DNA of 46,831 bases, from the NCBI GenBank assembly GCA_036679545.1, contig JAZDDD010000466.1:1-46831 (forward strand), written 5' to 3'. Origin of the DNA: Gemmatimonadota bacterium. Lineage in GTDB: Bacteria > Gemmatimonadota > Gemmatimonadetes > Gemmatimonadales > GWC2-71-9. Numbering within the stretch: the first letter of the stretch is position 1; the number at the start of each line of letters is the position of its first letter. Under the pieces are notes generated by a model. That model did no database searches and was not told where the DNA came from. It saw only the letters and a program-made list of their open reading frames with translations. Made by a program: the position numbers and the translations under genes. This document shows positions 46,246 to 46,831 of this stretch, piece by piece.

Positions 46246-46284
46246 TTGACTCACATTCAATCATACTTTAGTGTATCGTAACAC
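46246..46284 (+). promoter_or_regulatory. candidate promoter (TTGACT-17 nt-TAGTGT) overlapping a GTGT-N6-ACAC palindrome (GntR/YtrA-type operator candidate)
   Basis: TTGACT at 46246-46251 and TAGTGT at 46269-46274. GTGTATCGTAACAC at 46271-46284 fits the GT-N-AC core typical of GntR operators. It is 28 nt upstream of the TTG start of the GntR gene. Confidence 0.3.
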
Positions 46285-46311
46285 CAATACAGTTGAATAG
46301 ACGAGCAACCA

Positions 46312-46692
46312 TTGTTCGAACATGTCGATCCGCGCAGCCCCATACCACTCTACGAGCAAATCGCATCGCGTATTCGCGTTGCCGTGGCCGCGGAGGAGTT
46401 GGCAGCGGGACAAGCCTTACCGTCGGTGCGTCAACTCGCCACAAGTCTGCGAATCAACCCAGCGACCGTGGTGCAGGCGTACCGGGAATTAGAAGCTGAC
46501 GGTTTCGTGGAGCGTAAGCACGGCGCCGGCACGTTTGTCTGCGATGTGCCATCTGAGACAAAACGTCGGGAGCGTATCCGCAAGGCCGAGGCCTTGGTGC
46601 GCAATCTCATGGACGAAGCCGGGCGGCTGGGTGTCAATGGTAACGATTTGCAGGAAGCACTCCAGAGGCAGCTCTCAAGGAGACGGAAGTGA
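46312..46692 (+). CDS. GntR-family transcriptional regulator, YtrA subfamily (short C-terminal domain)
   Basis: 126 aa: [65 protein letters not shown], then a short helical tail. TTG start. Confidence 0.88.
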   Translation: MFEHVDPRSPIPLYEQIASRIRVAVAAEELAAGQALPSVRQLATSLRINPATVVQAYRELEADGFVERKHGAGTFVCDVPSETKRRERIRKAEALVRNLMDEAGRLGVNGNDLQEALQRQLSRRRK

Positions 46693-46831
46693 GCAATTGT
46701 ATCGAACTCCAGGATGTTTCCTATTCGCCCGACAAAGACTTTGAGATCAGTGGGCTCACACTCACCGTGCCGACCGGAGCGGTGTACGGTTTTCTCGGAC
46801 CAAATGGCTCCGGCAAGACGACAACGATCCG
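46689..46831 (+). CDS. ABC transporter ATP-binding protein (N-terminal fragment, runs off the window)
   Basis: Hand translation from GTG 46689 (GTGA overlap with the GntR stop): [47 protein letters not shown]... includes the Walker A motif. Typical ytrA-ytrB arrangement. Confidence 0.85.
   Translation, partial: MSNCIELQDVSYSPDKDFEISGLTLTVPTGAVYGFLGPNGSGKTTTI

Noticed and set aside
1-46831. Scan for CRISPR arrays, IS elements/transposases, integrases, toxin-antitoxin pairs, restriction-modification or other known defence genes, and rRNA
   Set aside because: None recognised. There are no spaced direct-repeat arrays, and every ORF of convincing coding quality was assignable to housekeeping, Che/Mgl or redox functions. 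The caveat is that this was done by eye, so short or degenerate repeats could be missed.

Overview
GC-rich bacterial chromosomal segment (high-50s % GC by eye, not computed). I found no rRNA, CRISPR array, transposase, integrase or phage genes. Positions 1-42712 are one unbroken run of 41 minus-strand genes (39 CDS and 2 tRNAs), mostly with overlapping or near-abutting boundaries. Left end (1-9.4 kb): proximal dcw cluster rsmH-ftsL-ftsI(PASTA)-murE-murF-mraY-murD-ftsW' with no mraZ. Next (9.4-12.4 kb): tRNA-Asp(GTC), a secreted helical-repeat protein, tRNA-Val(TAC), an unlisted 59-aa two-TM ORF and an HExxH peptidase. Centre (12.5-27.1 kb), the most unusual part: a 15-gene, translationally coupled operon. 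It joins a receptor-less chemosensory core (CheA, CheY, CheC, three CheW) to an MglA/MglB polarity GTPase module. It also holds two extra Roadblock-domain proteins, two paralogous PATAN/DUF4388-TPR proteins, three TPR proteins, and a tandem DnaA/Hda-type AAA+ protein with no DNA-binding domain. No MCP, CheR, CheB or CheD is present. The CheA appears to lack about 33 aa of its ATP-binding domain. Right of that (27.1-42.7 kb): rluD-lspA-ylyA-like-ileS-punA-divIVA-yggS (Firmicute-like distal dcw synteny), a DUF2723 membrane protein, and cdaA-folP-ftsH-hpt-tilS. Right end (42.7-46.8 kb): a small redox/detox block (flavin reductase, TerB-like, iodotyrosine-deiodinase-like nitroreductase, DoxX, cupin, MarR) and a divergent YtrA-type GntR regulator with a truncated ABC ATPase. 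Taxon cannot be assigned from this window. All homology calls rest on motif recognition by eye, not database searches.
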